Positions 50,725 through 60,847 of a stretch of DNA of 64,000 bases are shown in pieces; position 1 is the stretch's first letter, and each line of letters opens with the position of its first letter. The DNA comes from an uncultured Acidobacteriota bacterium. Lineage in GTDB: Bacteria; Acidobacteriota; Thermoanaerobaculia; UBA5066; Gp7-AA6. The stretch spans positions 320,001-384,000 of the forward strand of contig CAVXTP010000021.1 of assembly GCA_963764715.1 (NCBI GenBank), written 5' to 3'. The notes under the pieces were generated by a model. It was not told where the DNA came from. It did no database searches and was given only the letters and a program-made list of their open reading frames with translations. Both the position numbers and the translations under genes were made by a program.

Positions 50725-53127
50725 CTACGGCAGCGAAAAAGCATTGACCAGGAACGCGGCCATCTGGCCTCGGGTGACGTTGTTCTGCGGACAGAAGGTC
50801 GTTCCGCCGCAACCGCCCGTGACGCCCTCCGCCTGCAGCTGTTCGATCCAGTCGGCGAAGGGACCCGGGCAAGGCACGTCCGTGAAGTGGCCGTCGCAGG
50901 GCGGCGGGATGAACTGGGAGCCGTGCTTTCCCTTCAGCAGAAAGACCGCCATCTGGTCGCGCCGCACGGGATTGTCGGGGCAGTAGTTGCCGCCGCCGCA
51001 GCCGCCGGTGATGCCTTCCGCGGCGAGCTGCTCGATCCATGGCGCGAAGTTGTTCGAGCACGGGACATCCGGGAATACGCCGGAGCAGGGCGGCGGCACG
51101 TAGCACGCTCCGTGGGCCGCCTTCAGGAGGAAGACCGCCATCTGCTGGCGCTTCGTGTTCTGGGCCGGGCCGTAGAAGCCCCCGCCGACGCCGGCGGTGA
51201 TGCCGTTGCCGACGAGGCGCATGACGTAGAGGTAGAACTGGTGGCTGGAGGCGACGTCGAGGAAGTCGGTCAGCCAGCCGTTGGGCAGCGTGTCGACCGG
51301 GCCGCCCGGGTTCGACACGACGATCGAGTTCACGGAGCCGGGAGGAAGGCTGGGCGTCTTCAGCGAAAGCGTGTGCACATCGGTCACCTGCACGTTCGAC
51401 GCCGCCGCGCCTCCGACGGTGGCGGTCGCTCCGTCCTCGAACGCGAGGCCGGTCAGGACGATCGTCGCGCCCGACGGTCCGTACGACGGCAGGCCGTAGA
51501 AGATGGCGCGGGGCGAGAGCTCGGAGGTGTTTCCGGCCGGGTCGATCGCGGTCGCTGAAACGGGGGACCCATCGGGGAGCGCGACCGGGAGGATGACGTT
51601 CACGACGGCGTGGCCGGAACCGTCCGTCGTGGCCGTGCTCGAGCCGATGTACGTCCGCGCCTCGGGCAGGTCCTGGGGACGACGCTCGCAGATCGGATCC
51701 GCATAGAAGTCGAGGTCGTAGATCGTCGAGGGCGCGCTGTCCAGCACGCCGGCGACGGTCGTGGTCGAAACGCCGTAGGTGACGGAAGAGAGGACCGGGA
51801 AGTTCTGTAACCCGTTGGGCCCGGCGTCGGCGTCGCCGGCGTCGTTCAGCGTGACTCCGTTGCCGGCGACAAGCAGGTCGATGGCGAGGCCCGAGTGGTA
51901 GTTGCCTCCGGGGTTGTCGAAGATCGCGTTTCCGCGGATCGTTGCCTTGCCGGCGTTCTCGACGCCCACGCCGGCCAGTCCCGAGTTCGAGATGACGTTG
52001 CCTTCTCCCGGATTGACGCCGCCGATGATCGTCCCCGTCGCCAGGACGCGGATGCCGTAGGTCGGGTTGCGAAGGCGGATGAGGCCGGTCTCGTCCGTGC
52101 CGATGAAGTTGCCCTGGATCACCGAACCCGTCGCCGACTGGTACACGGAGATACCCGAGGCATCCGATCCCCCGACGAGGTTACCGGCGCCCGGGGTTGC
52201 GCCTCCCACGGTGTTGTCCGGGTCGTTGAGCGCGATGCACTCGTTGTGACAACCGAACGCGAAGGTCCCGGTGACGTCGATGTCGACGTAGTTGCCCTGG
52301 ATCAAATTGTCGGACGCGACGATCCCGGGAGTGCCGGAGCCGCCGACGTTGATCCCTCCGCTGATGACGTTGCGGGCCGCGGGCGTCGTCCCGCCGATGA
52401 CGTTGTTCGATCCGACGAACAAGGAGAGACCCTTCGAGCCGAACTCGTTCAAGCTCTTCTTTCCCGTGATGTCGGTGCCGATCAGGTTGCCGGCGACGAG
52501 GCTGTCGTGAAACCCGGGCGCTCCGCCCCCGAGCTGTACCAAACCCGCGAAGAGGTTGCGCGCGGCGGGTGTCGTTCCGCCGATCCGGGCGTTGTTCGCG
52601 TCGAGACTGAATCTCAGCGAGCCTTGAAACGGAGCGGGAATCTGCGTTCCGGACGGGTCGGTGCCGAGGAAACAGCCCTCGATGACGAATCCCTGGTGCC
52701 CTCCGGTGACGTCGATCTCGTACTGCGGCGCGCGATTGATGACGAAGCCCTTCAGCGTGACGTCGTCGGCGCTGACGACCATGCAAGTCGCCGCGCCGAC
52801 GTTGGTGCAGTCGATCTCAATCTGCAGGACCGTGTTGAGCCCGAGGCTGGTCGGGTTGGTGTTGACCGAAGACCCGGCCTGCGTATAGCCGTCGACGGTC
52901 GAGGGCCCGGTGATCGCGGGCAGGGGGGAGGCCAGGGAGATCGTGTGGGGGCCGGTTCCCACGACGCCGAAGGCAATTGTGTCGACGCCGGGGTTGCCGT
53001 TGGCATCCAGGATCGCCTGGCGCAGGGTCCCGGCGCCGGAATCGGCCGTCGACGTCACCGTGTAGGTGTTGCCGAGAGCGGCCACGGATGCGAAGGCACC
53101 GACCAGAGCCAGCAGAGTCCGCTTCAT
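50725..53127 (-). CDS. Beta-helix/IPT/SLH surface protein (paralog 20)
   Basis: ATG 53127 (MKRTLLALVG) after TAGGAGG. Confidence 0.88.
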   Translation of the reverse strand: MKRTLLALVGAFASVAALGNTYTVTSTADSGAGTLRQAILDANGNPGVDTIAFGVVGTGPHTISLASPLPAITGPSTVDGYTQAGSSVNTNPTSLGLNTVLQIEIDCTNVGAATCMVVSADDVTLKGFVINRAPQYEIDVTGGHQGFVIEGCFLGTDPSGTQIPAPFQGSLRFSLDANNARIGGTTPAARNLFAGLVQLGGGAPGFHDSLVAGNLIGTDITGKKSLNEFGSKGLSLFVGSNNVIGGTTPAARNVISGGINVGGSGTPGIVASDNLIQGNYVDIDVTGTFAFGCHNECIALNDPDNTVGGATPGAGNLVGGSDASGISVYQSATGSVIQGNFIGTDETGLIRLRNPTYGIRVLATGTIIGGVNPGEGNVISNSGLAGVGVENAGKATIRGNAIFDNPGGNYHSGLAIDLLVAGNGVTLNDAGDADAGPNGLQNFPVLSSVTYGVSTTTVAGVLDSAPSTIYDLDFYADPICERRPQDLPEARTYIGSSTATTDGSGHAVVNVILPVALPDGSPVSATAIDPAGNTSELSPRAIFYGLPSYGPSGATIVLTGLAFEDGATATVGGAAASNVQVTDVHTLSLKTPSLPPGSVNSIVVSNPGGPVDTLPNGWLTDFLDVASSHQFYLYVMRLVGNGITAGVGGGFYGPAQNTKRQQMAVFLLKAAHGACYVPPPCSGVFPDVPCSNNFAPWIEQLAAEGITGGCGGGNYCPDNPVRRDQMAVFLLKGKHGSQFIPPPCDGHFTDVPCPGPFADWIEQLQAEGVTGGCGGTTFCPQNNVTRGQMAAFLVNAFSLP

Positions 53128-53135
53128 GGTCCCTC

Positions 53136-55586
53136 CTAGGGAAGCTTGAACGTGTTGACGAGGAACGCCGCCATCTGTCCGCGAGTGACGTTGGTGAGAG
53201 GGCAGTAGTTGTTGCCGCCGCAGCCGCCGGTGACACCCTCCGCGGCGAGCTGCTCGATCCAGTTCGCAAAGGTCGAGGGGCAGGCGACGTCGGTGAAGTC
53301 GCCGCTGCACGCCGGCGGAACGAAGGACGAGCCGTGCTTGGCCTTGAGCAGAAATACGGCCATCTGGTCGCGGCGCACGGGGTTGCCGGGGCAGTAATTG
53401 CTGCCGCCGCAGCCGCCCGTGATGCCTTCGGCCGCGAGCGCCTCGATCCACGGCGCGAAGGTCGAGGGGCACGCGACGTCGGAGAAAACTCCGGCGCAGG
53501 GTGGCGGCACGTAGCAGACGCCGTACTTGGACTTGAGGAGGAAGACGGCCATCTGCTGGCGCAGCGTGCTCGAAGCGACGCCGTAGTTCCCGCCGCCCAC
53601 GCCGGCGGTGATGCCGTTGGCGACGAGCTTGGTGACCTGGGTGAGGAACTGGTTTCCCGGGAGGACGTCGTTGAAGTACGCGATCCAGCCGTTCGGAAGG
53701 GTCCCCGAGAGGCCGCCCCCCGGGTTCTGCACGACGACGGAGTTGATCGAGCCGGCCGGCAATGCGGGGATGTTGGCGGTGATCGTGTTCGCGTCGTCCA
53801 CGACGACCCCGGTGGCCGCCACGCCGCCGACCGTCACCGTGGCGCCGGCCACGAAGGCGAGCCCCTTGATCTGCGCGCCAAAGTGTCCGGTGGTCGACCC
53901 TGCCCCCGGCGCCATCGAAAGCACGAAGCGCGGGGTGAATTCCGACGTACTGCCGTTGGGGCTCGTCGCCGTGGCGCTGATGGGCGAGCCGTTCGTGACC
54001 GCGAGCGGCAGGATCGCGTTGAAGGTGGCGTTGCCGGATCCGTCGGTCGTCACCTGCGTCGAGCCGAGATAGGTCTGGCCCTCCGGAAGGTCCTGCGGCC
54101 GCCGCGAGCACGCCGGGTTGGCGTAGAAATCGAGGTCGAAGATCGTGGCCGCACCGCTGTTCAGGGTCCCGGCGACGGTCGTCGTCGAGCCGCCGTACGC
54201 CACCGACGAGATGACCGGAAAATTTTGGAGCCCGTTCGCGCCGGTGTCGGCGTCTCCGGTGTCGTTGAGCGTGACGCCCGCGAAGCCGTCGTGGAGATCG
54301 ATCCCGAGGCCGTCGGTCGACTGGTACGCGTTCGTGTCGTAGATCGAGTTGCCCCGGACGGAAACCCCCTGCCCCCCCGCGACGTAGACGCCGGCGCCGG
54401 GGGCCGTCACGCCGACGGCGGGACCGTTGTTGGCGATGACGTTGGCCTCGCCGGGCCCGGTGCCTCCGACCGTCACGGCGTCCGCGACGACGTAGATGCC
54501 GTTCGAGCCGTTGCCGAGCCGGGCGGTTCGGGTCGAATCCGTGCCGATGAAATTGCCCTGGATGACCGTCGAGTCTCCGTGGACCTCGATTCCGCCGTTG
54601 CCGAGCCCGCCGGCGATGACGTTGCCCGCCCCCGCGGCAGCGCCCCCGATCGTGTTGCCCTGGTTGTTGGCGACGACGCAGCCGCCGTAGCAGCCGAGCG
54701 CAAGCAGGCCCGTGGCATCGGTGCCGAGGAAGTTGCCCCGGACGAAATTGCCGGTCGCGAAGGAATCGTTCCAGCCGCCCCCGAGATTGATCGTGTTGAC
54801 GATCACGTTGGGGGCGCCGGCGGACGTGCCGCCGACGGTGATTCCCGTCCCCATGAAGATGCCGACGGACTGGGTGGCGTTCGTCGCGAGCTTCGCGGTG
54901 CCGGAGGCGTTCGTGCCGATGAGGTTGCCCTGGATGAGGTGGCCGCTGTTGACCCCGAAATTCTCGCCGATGTGGACCTGGTGGTACCCGCTGTCGCCGC
55001 CCGAGATCAGGTTGCGCGCGGCGGGCGTCGTGCCCCCGATGCGCGCGTTCTGGGCGGAGACCAGGTTGACGCCGTTCTGGTAGGGCGAGAGCGCCTGCGT
55101 GCCGTCGGCGCTCGAACCGAGGAAGCAGCCCTCGACGACGAGGTTCTGGTGGGAGGGCGGCGGAGTCTCGATGTCCGGCCCGGCGCAGCGATTGATCGCG
55201 AGGCCGCGGATCGTGACGTTGTCGGCCTGGACCGACAGGCACGGCGTGGCCCCGGCATTCGTGCCGTTGATCTCGATCCGCAAGACGGTGTTCAGCCCCT
55301 GTCCCGTCGGGTTCGTATTGGCCGAGGAGCCCGCCTGCGTGAAGCCGTCGATCGTCACGGGCCCGGTGATCGCGGGCAGCGCCGAGATCGGCGAGATCGT
55401 CTGGACCCCGCTGCCGACGATCCCGAAGGCGATCGTATCGGCCCCCGGGTTGGCGTTGGCGTCGAGGATCGCCTGGCGCAGGGTCCCGGCTCCCGAATCG
55501 GCCGTGGACGTGACGGTGTAAGTGTTCCCGGCGGCGATCGCCGCGGCGGCGAACAGAGCCCAGGCGAGTCCGAGACGCTTATGCAT
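53136..55586 (-). CDS. Beta-helix/IPT/SLH surface protein (paralog 21)
   Basis: ATG 55586 (MHKRLGLAW), RBS CAGGAG. Confidence 0.88.
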   Translation of the reverse strand: MHKRLGLAWALFAAAAIAAGNTYTVTSTADSGAGTLRQAILDANANPGADTIAFGIVGSGVQTISPISALPAITGPVTIDGFTQAGSSANTNPTGQGLNTVLRIEINGTNAGATPCLSVQADNVTIRGLAINRCAGPDIETPPPSHQNLVVEGCFLGSSADGTQALSPYQNGVNLVSAQNARIGGTTPAARNLISGGDSGYHQVHIGENFGVNSGHLIQGNLIGTNASGTAKLATNATQSVGIFMGTGITVGGTSAGAPNVIVNTINLGGGWNDSFATGNFVRGNFLGTDATGLLALGCYGGCVVANNQGNTIGGAAAGAGNVIAGGLGNGGIEVHGDSTVIQGNFIGTDSTRTARLGNGSNGIYVVADAVTVGGTGPGEANVIANNGPAVGVTAPGAGVYVAGGQGVSVRGNSIYDTNAYQSTDGLGIDLHDGFAGVTLNDTGDADTGANGLQNFPVISSVAYGGSTTTVAGTLNSGAATIFDLDFYANPACSRRPQDLPEGQTYLGSTQVTTDGSGNATFNAILPLAVTNGSPISATATSPNGSTSEFTPRFVLSMAPGAGSTTGHFGAQIKGLAFVAGATVTVGGVAATGVVVDDANTITANIPALPAGSINSVVVQNPGGGLSGTLPNGWIAYFNDVLPGNQFLTQVTKLVANGITAGVGGGNYGVASSTLRQQMAVFLLKSKYGVCYVPPPCAGVFSDVACPSTFAPWIEALAAEGITGGCGGSNYCPGNPVRRDQMAVFLLKAKHGSSFVPPACSGDFTDVACPSTFANWIEQLAAEGVTGGCGGNNYCPLTNVTRGQMAAFLVNTFKLP

Positions 55587-55594
55587 TGAGCTTT

Positions 55595-55636
55595 CTCCTG
55601 TGGCGTATCTCGACAAAGTGCGGCCTCCGGGGTCAA
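55595..55636 (-). promoter_or_regulatory. Conserved promoter-like motif, copy 2
   Basis: TTGAC-N14-TTTGTCGAGAT...CAGGAG. Confidence 0.55.
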
Positions 55637-55793
55637 GGAAAAAGAGGTTGGGGACCGCGGCTCCCGGCCGTGCGGCGGACCCGATCCGCCGTTCGGAAGT
55701 CCCGGGAAGGGGCCTCCGGCGCCTCCCGATGGCACGGGCCGGAGACTACGGGCGGGCGCAAGCCCGCCCGAGGGAGTCGAGGAAAGGCTCCCT

Positions 55794-58208
55794 CTACGGG
55801 AGGTCGAACGCGTTGTACAGGAAGGCCGCCATCTGGCCGCGGGTCACGTTGTTGGCCGGGCAGTAGTTGCCGCCGCCGCAGCCGCCGGTGACCCCTTCGG
55901 CCGCGAGCTGCTCGATCCAGGGACTGAAGGGCGATGCGCAACTGACGTCGAGGAAGTCGCCGTCGCAGGGCGGCGGCACGTACGACGCCCCGTGCAGGGC
56001 CTTGAGGATGAAGACCGCCATCTGGTCCCGCCGAACGGGGTTGCCCGGGCAGTAGTTGCCGCCGCCGCAACCGCCCGTGATGCCCTCCTCGGCGAGCTGC
56101 TCGATCCACGGGGCGAAGCCGGAGCCGCACGGAACGTCGCCGAAGACACCCGCGCACGGGGGCGGCGTGTAGCAGATCCCGTACTTGGCCTTCAGGAGGA
56201 AGACCGCCATCTGCTGCCGGAGCGTCGGCTGGCTGATCCCGTAGTTGCCGCCGCCCACGCCGGCCGTGATGCCGTTGGCGACGAGGCTCGTGATCTGCGT
56301 GTAGAACTGGCTGCCGGGGATGTCGTTGAAATTCGAGATCCAGGCGTTCGGAAGCGTCCCCGAAGCCCCGCCGCCGGGATTGGCGACCGTGAGGGCGTTG
56401 ATGCTTCCGGCCGGCAGCGCCGGGATGTTGGCTGTGATCGTCGTCGAATTGTCGACGGTCACTCCGGTCGCGGGGACGCCCCCGACCGTGACCGTCGCGC
56501 CCGGCTCGAACGCGAGGCCGCGGATCTGCGCGCCGGTGACGCCGGTCGGCGAGCCGGACACGGGGTCGAGCGAGAGCACGAACCGCGGCGAAAGCTCGGA
56601 GGTCGCGCCGGACGGGCTCGTGGCCGTGGCCGTGATCGGCGATCCGTTCACGACGACGACCGCGAGAACCTCGTTGAAGGCCGCGTTGCCGGACCCGTCC
56701 GTCGTGACTTCGATCGAGCCGATGTAGGTCTTCGCCTCGTCCTGCTCCTGCGGGCGGCCGTTGCACGCGGGGTTGGAATAGAGGTCGACATCGAAGGTGG
56801 TCGACGGGGTGCTCTGGAGCGTTCCGGCGATCGTGGTATTCGCGCCTCCGTAGGTCACCGAGGAGATCAGCGGATAGTTCTGGTAGCCGTTCGGGCCGCC
56901 ATCCGCGTCTCCGGCATCGTTGATGTTGACGCCCAGCTCGAAGAGATTGCCGCCGGTGAGGTCGATGGCGAGGCCGCTGTTGGCCTGGATCCCGGCGTTG
57001 TCGAAGATCGAGTTCCCGCGCACGGAGGCGTTGACGCCGTGGACCACGACCCCCGCCCAGCCGCGGTTGTACGCGATGATGTTGCCCTCGCCGGGGCCGA
57101 TGCCGCCGATCGTGTTGTTCGAGCCGCCGACCTTGATGCCCCAGTAGCCGTTGGCGAGGCGGACGGTGCCCGTGGCGTCGGTTCCGACCTGGTTGCCCTG
57201 GACGACGTTGCCGTCGCCACTGAGCTCGATTCCCGAGTCGATCGCCCCGCCGACGCGGTTGCCCGCCCCGGCGGCGGAGCCGCCGATCGTGTTGTTGTTG
57301 GAGCCGCTGTTGACGGTGATGCCGACGGAAGTCACGGCGATGACGATCGTGCCCGTGACGTCGAGCCCGACGAAGTTGCCCACGATCTGGTTGCCCGTGC
57401 CGTTGACCAAGATCGGGCCGGCGAACACGTTGCGGGCGCCGGCCGTCGTGCCGCCCACGACGTTGTTGATGCCACCGCCGGTGCCCATCGCCAGCGGACC
57501 GTCCGGGATGAGGAGATGAAGGCCCGTGACGTCCGTGCCGACCAGGTTGCCGGCGACGAGCGAATTCGATACGGGCTCCGTGATCCCCAGCCCGAAAGCG
57601 ATGTGATCGGCGAACAGGCTGTCGCCGGACACCAGGTTGCGGGCGGCCGGTGTCGTGCCGCCGATCCGGGCGTTGGTCTGGGATCGCGGATTGATCCCGC
57701 CGCCGTACGGCGCGAGGGCCACCGCTCCCGCCGCGTCGGTGCCGATGAAGCAGCCCTCGAGGACGAAGTCCGTGTGCGCGCCGGTGGTCGCGACCGCCCT
57801 GTCGGTGCACCGGTTGACGACGAGCCCGCGGATCGTGACGTCGTCGGCAGCGGCGAACAGGCACGGCGCGGCTCCGGCGTTGGTCCCGTCGATCTCGATG
57901 CGGAGGACGGTGTTGAGGCCCTGGCTGGCCGGGTTCGTGTTGGCCGATGCCCCCGACTGGGTGTAGCCGTCGATCGTCACCGGGCCCGTGATCGTGGGCA
58001 GCGCGGACGCCGGCGCGATCGTGTGCACGCCGCTGCCGACGACCGCGAAGGCGATCGTGTCGGCTCCGGGATTGGCGTTGGCGTCCAGGATCGCCTGGCG
58101 AAGGGTCCCGGCTCCCGAGTCGGCGGTCGAGGTCACGGTGTACGTTGTCGCGAACCCGAAGGCGGCGACCCCGGACAGGATGGCGGCGAGGCCGATTCGC
58201 TGGAGCAT
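55794..58208 (-). CDS. Beta-helix/IPT/SLH surface protein (paralog 22)
   Basis: ATG 58208 (MLQRIGLAA), RBS AGGAGG. Confidence 0.88.
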   Translation of the reverse strand: MLQRIGLAAILSGVAAFGFATTYTVTSTADSGAGTLRQAILDANANPGADTIAFAVVGSGVHTIAPASALPTITGPVTIDGYTQSGASANTNPASQGLNTVLRIEIDGTNAGAAPCLFAAADDVTIRGLVVNRCTDRAVATTGAHTDFVLEGCFIGTDAAGAVALAPYGGGINPRSQTNARIGGTTPAARNLVSGDSLFADHIAFGLGITEPVSNSLVAGNLVGTDVTGLHLLIPDGPLAMGTGGGINNVVGGTTAGARNVFAGPILVNGTGNQIVGNFVGLDVTGTIVIAVTSVGITVNSGSNNNTIGGSAAGAGNRVGGAIDSGIELSGDGNVVQGNQVGTDATGTVRLANGYWGIKVGGSNNTIGGIGPGEGNIIAYNRGWAGVVVHGVNASVRGNSIFDNAGIQANSGLAIDLTGGNLFELGVNINDAGDADGGPNGYQNYPLISSVTYGGANTTIAGTLQSTPSTTFDVDLYSNPACNGRPQEQDEAKTYIGSIEVTTDGSGNAAFNEVLAVVVVNGSPITATATSPSGATSELSPRFVLSLDPVSGSPTGVTGAQIRGLAFEPGATVTVGGVPATGVTVDNSTTITANIPALPAGSINALTVANPGGGASGTLPNAWISNFNDIPGSQFYTQITSLVANGITAGVGGGNYGISQPTLRQQMAVFLLKAKYGICYTPPPCAGVFGDVPCGSGFAPWIEQLAEEGITGGCGGGNYCPGNPVRRDQMAVFILKALHGASYVPPPCDGDFLDVSCASPFSPWIEQLAAEGVTGGCGGGNYCPANNVTRGQMAAFLYNAFDLP

Positions 58209-58218
58209 GTAGGACTCC

Positions 58219-58258
58219 TCCTGACCCTGACTCGACAAAACGCCGGGCCGGGGGCCAG
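58219..58258 (-). promoter_or_regulatory. Conserved promoter-like motif, copy 3
   Basis: CTGGC-N14-TTTGTCGAGT...CAGGAG; the upstream box is degenerate. Confidence 0.45.
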
Positions 58259-58286
58259 GAGGAAATCCGCGATCGCCGCGGGGTCG

Positions 58287-60698
58287 CTACGGGAGCGAGA
58301 ATGCCTTGACCAAAAACGCCGCCATCTGCCCCCGGGCGACGCTCGTCGTGGGGCAGTAGTTGGCGCCGCCGCACCCGCCCGTGATCTCGTCGGCCGCGAG
58401 CTTTTCGATCCAGTCGGCGAAGGACGACGGGCAGGCCACGTCGTCGAACACCCCGGTGCACGGAGGGGGCGTGAACGTCGAGCCGTACTTGCCCTTCAGC
58501 AGGAACACGGCCATCTGGTCGCGCCGCACGGGGGAGGTCGGGCAGTAGTTGCCTCCTCCGCAACCGCCGGTGATCCCTTCCGCGGCGAACTGCTCGATCC
58601 ACGGCGCGAAGATCGAGTTGCAGGGCACGTCGGGAAAGTCCCCCGAGCAGGGCGGCGGCACGTAGCAGATTCCGTGCTTGGCCTTGAGGACGAAGACCGC
58701 CATCTGCTGGCGCGTGACGCTGACGGCGGGGCAGTAGTTGCCGCCGCTGCACCCCGCCGTGACCCCGGACGCCACGAGTTTGCCGATGAGGCTGTCGAAC
58801 AGGCTGTTCTTCACCACGTCGTTGAAGCGCGAGACGTAGCCGTTGCGAAGCGTGCCCGAGAGGCCGCCGGGATTCGCGACGACGATGTCGTAGACCCCGC
58901 CGGGAGAGAGCGCCGGGCCGGTGAAATCGAGCTTGTACTCGGTGTCGAAGCTGACCGGAACGGGATTCCCGCCGATCGTCATGGTGGCCGCGGGGTCGAA
59001 CAGGTGCCCGCGGACGGACTGGAGGCCGGTGTCCCCCGGGCCGCCGAGGCCGGGAACCGAACGGAAGACGATTTCCTGCCAGAGCTCGGAAGTGTTGCCT
59101 TCGGGCCCGGTCGCCGTCGCGGTGACGGGCGCACCCGCCGCGATCGGCGTCGGGAGAAGGACGTTGAAGGCGACGTTGCCCGAGCCGTCGGTCGTGACCT
59201 GCGCCGTGCCGATGTAGGTCTCGGCCTGGAGGAGAGCCCGCGGCCGGCTGCGGCACGACGGGTTGGCGTAGAAGTCGAGATCGAACACCGTCGAGGCGAG
59301 GCTGTTGAGCGTCCCGATCACGCGCGTCCCGCCGGCCTCCGGGACGGCCGACGTGATGAGCGGGTAGTTCTGGAAGTCGTTCCCGAACTGGATGGTGACG
59401 CTGTCGGCGTCGCCGAGGTCGTTGGGGTTCTGACCGCTGGGCGTGCTGCCGTTGGCCAGATCGATGGCCAGCCCCACACCGTTGGCGCCGACGCCGCCGA
59501 TCCCGTTGTTGAAGATTCGATTCCCCCGGATGGGATTCTCCTGCGCGAAGTCCGTTACGAGGATGCCGACCCACCCGTTGTAGGCGATGACATTGGGCTG
59601 TCCCGGGCCGATGCCGCCAACGGTCTGGGCGTGTGTGCTCAGGAAGATGCCCATGATGCGGTTGCCGAAGTTCTTCGTGGCGGTGGTGTCGGTCCCGATG
59701 AAGTTGCCGTAGAGCGGGGTCAGGAAGCTGTCCAGGAAAATGCCGTAGTCGAAGCCGCCGATCACGTTGCCTTCGCCCGGTCCGGTGCCGCCGACCGTGC
59801 TGCCGCCGGGACCAGGCACCTTGATGCCGCTCGTGCCGCTGGAGATGACTCCCGCCTGGGCCGCATCGACGCCGATGAAGTTGCCCTGCACGGTCGCCAT
59901 CGCCGTGCCGATCCCGACGCCGACGTCCATGCCGGCGACGACGTTGGCCGCGTTCGGGTCGGCCCCCCCGACCGTGATGGGGGAGGAACCCGAGAGGCTG
60001 ATCCCGATGCCGGCGCCGGAGGTCCCGGGCATGGCTCGCGCTCCCGTGATGTCCGTGCCGATGAGATTGCCCTGGATGACACCGCCGTAGCTCATGGCCA
60101 CGCCGATGGACCCTCCATTCGAGATCAGATTGCGCGCGGCGGGGGTCAACCCGCCGATGCGTGCGCCGGGGCTGTCGTTGCTGACGCCATGGCCGCCGAC
60201 GTACCCCTGGAGCCCGTCCGGGCTCGCCCCGACGAAGCAGCCTTCGACGACGAGGTTGGAGTGCAGGAACGAATCGCTCCCGCCGATCTGATCCTGGGAA
60301 AAACGGTTGACCGCAAGGCCCCGGAACGTCACGCCGGGGATGCGGGCCTCGAGGCCGTTCCCGGTCGTTGCCGTGCCGGCGATCTCGATCATCAGGACCG
60401 TGTTCAGCCCGAGGCCCACGGCATTCGTGTTGGGCGACGCGCCCGCCTGCGTGTAGCCGTCGACCGTCACGGCGTCGGTGATGGGCGGCAGAGGCGTCGC
60501 CGGCGCGATCGTGTGCACTCCCGATCCAACGATGGCGAAAGCGATCGTGTCCGCGCCGATAGCGGCGTTGGCGTCGAGGATCGCCTGGCGGAGAGACCCC
60601 GGTCCCGAGTCGGCCGTCGAAGTCACCGTGTACGTGGTCGCGGAGACGACCGCCGCGGCCGCGAAACAGGCGACGGCCATACCGAGTCGGTTGAGCAT
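58287..60698 (-). CDS. Beta-helix/IPT/SLH surface protein (paralog 23, head of array B)
   Basis: ATG 60698 (MLNRLGMAV), RBS CAGGAGG. Confidence 0.88.
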   Translation of the reverse strand: MLNRLGMAVACFAAAAVVSATTYTVTSTADSGPGSLRQAILDANAAIGADTIAFAIVGSGVHTIAPATPLPPITDAVTVDGYTQAGASPNTNAVGLGLNTVLMIEIAGTATTGNGLEARIPGVTFRGLAVNRFSQDQIGGSDSFLHSNLVVEGCFVGASPDGLQGYVGGHGVSNDSPGARIGGLTPAARNLISNGGSIGVAMSYGGVIQGNLIGTDITGARAMPGTSGAGIGISLSGSSPITVGGADPNAANVVAGMDVGVGIGTAMATVQGNFIGVDAAQAGVISSGTSGIKVPGPGGSTVGGTGPGEGNVIGGFDYGIFLDSFLTPLYGNFIGTDTTATKNFGNRIMGIFLSTHAQTVGGIGPGQPNVIAYNGWVGILVTDFAQENPIRGNRIFNNGIGGVGANGVGLAIDLANGSTPSGQNPNDLGDADSVTIQFGNDFQNYPLITSAVPEAGGTRVIGTLNSLASTVFDLDFYANPSCRSRPRALLQAETYIGTAQVTTDGSGNVAFNVLLPTPIAAGAPVTATATGPEGNTSELWQEIVFRSVPGLGGPGDTGLQSVRGHLFDPAATMTIGGNPVPVSFDTEYKLDFTGPALSPGGVYDIVVANPGGLSGTLRNGYVSRFNDVVKNSLFDSLIGKLVASGVTAGCSGGNYCPAVSVTRQQMAVFVLKAKHGICYVPPPCSGDFPDVPCNSIFAPWIEQFAAEGITGGCGGGNYCPTSPVRRDQMAVFLLKGKYGSTFTPPPCTGVFDDVACPSSFADWIEKLAADEITGGCGGANYCPTTSVARGQMAAFLVKAFSLP

Positions 60699-60705
60699 GG
60701 GGATC

Positions 60706-60741
60706 CTCCTGTCAAAGGACTCGACAAAAAGCAGCGTCAAG
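60706..60741 (-). promoter_or_regulatory. Conserved promoter-like motif, copy 4
   Basis: TTGACGCTGCTTTTTGTCGAGTCCTTTGACAGGAG; same TTTGTCGAG box, shorter spacing to TTGAC. Confidence 0.45.
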
Positions 60742-60847
60742 GGACACGGAACGGCTCGGGTCAATGGGAATTCGGGCTCGGCGTCCTCGGCGGCGGCTCC
60801 CGCCGGCCGGGGGGAGCCGGGGCACCTCCGATACAATTCGGGCATTC

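Noticed and set aside
20036-55242. Giant 1400-1600 aa minus-strand ORFs (20036-24454, 35235-40088, 45776-50236, 50725-55242)
   Set aside because: The N-terminal halves are off-frame read-through of the upstream paralog; real starts with RBS and signal peptides are internal
1-60698. Integron cassette array or invertible shufflon
   Set aside because: No integrase or recombinase; no attC-like site at most junctions (many are only 7-25 nt); all genes are complete and co-oriented
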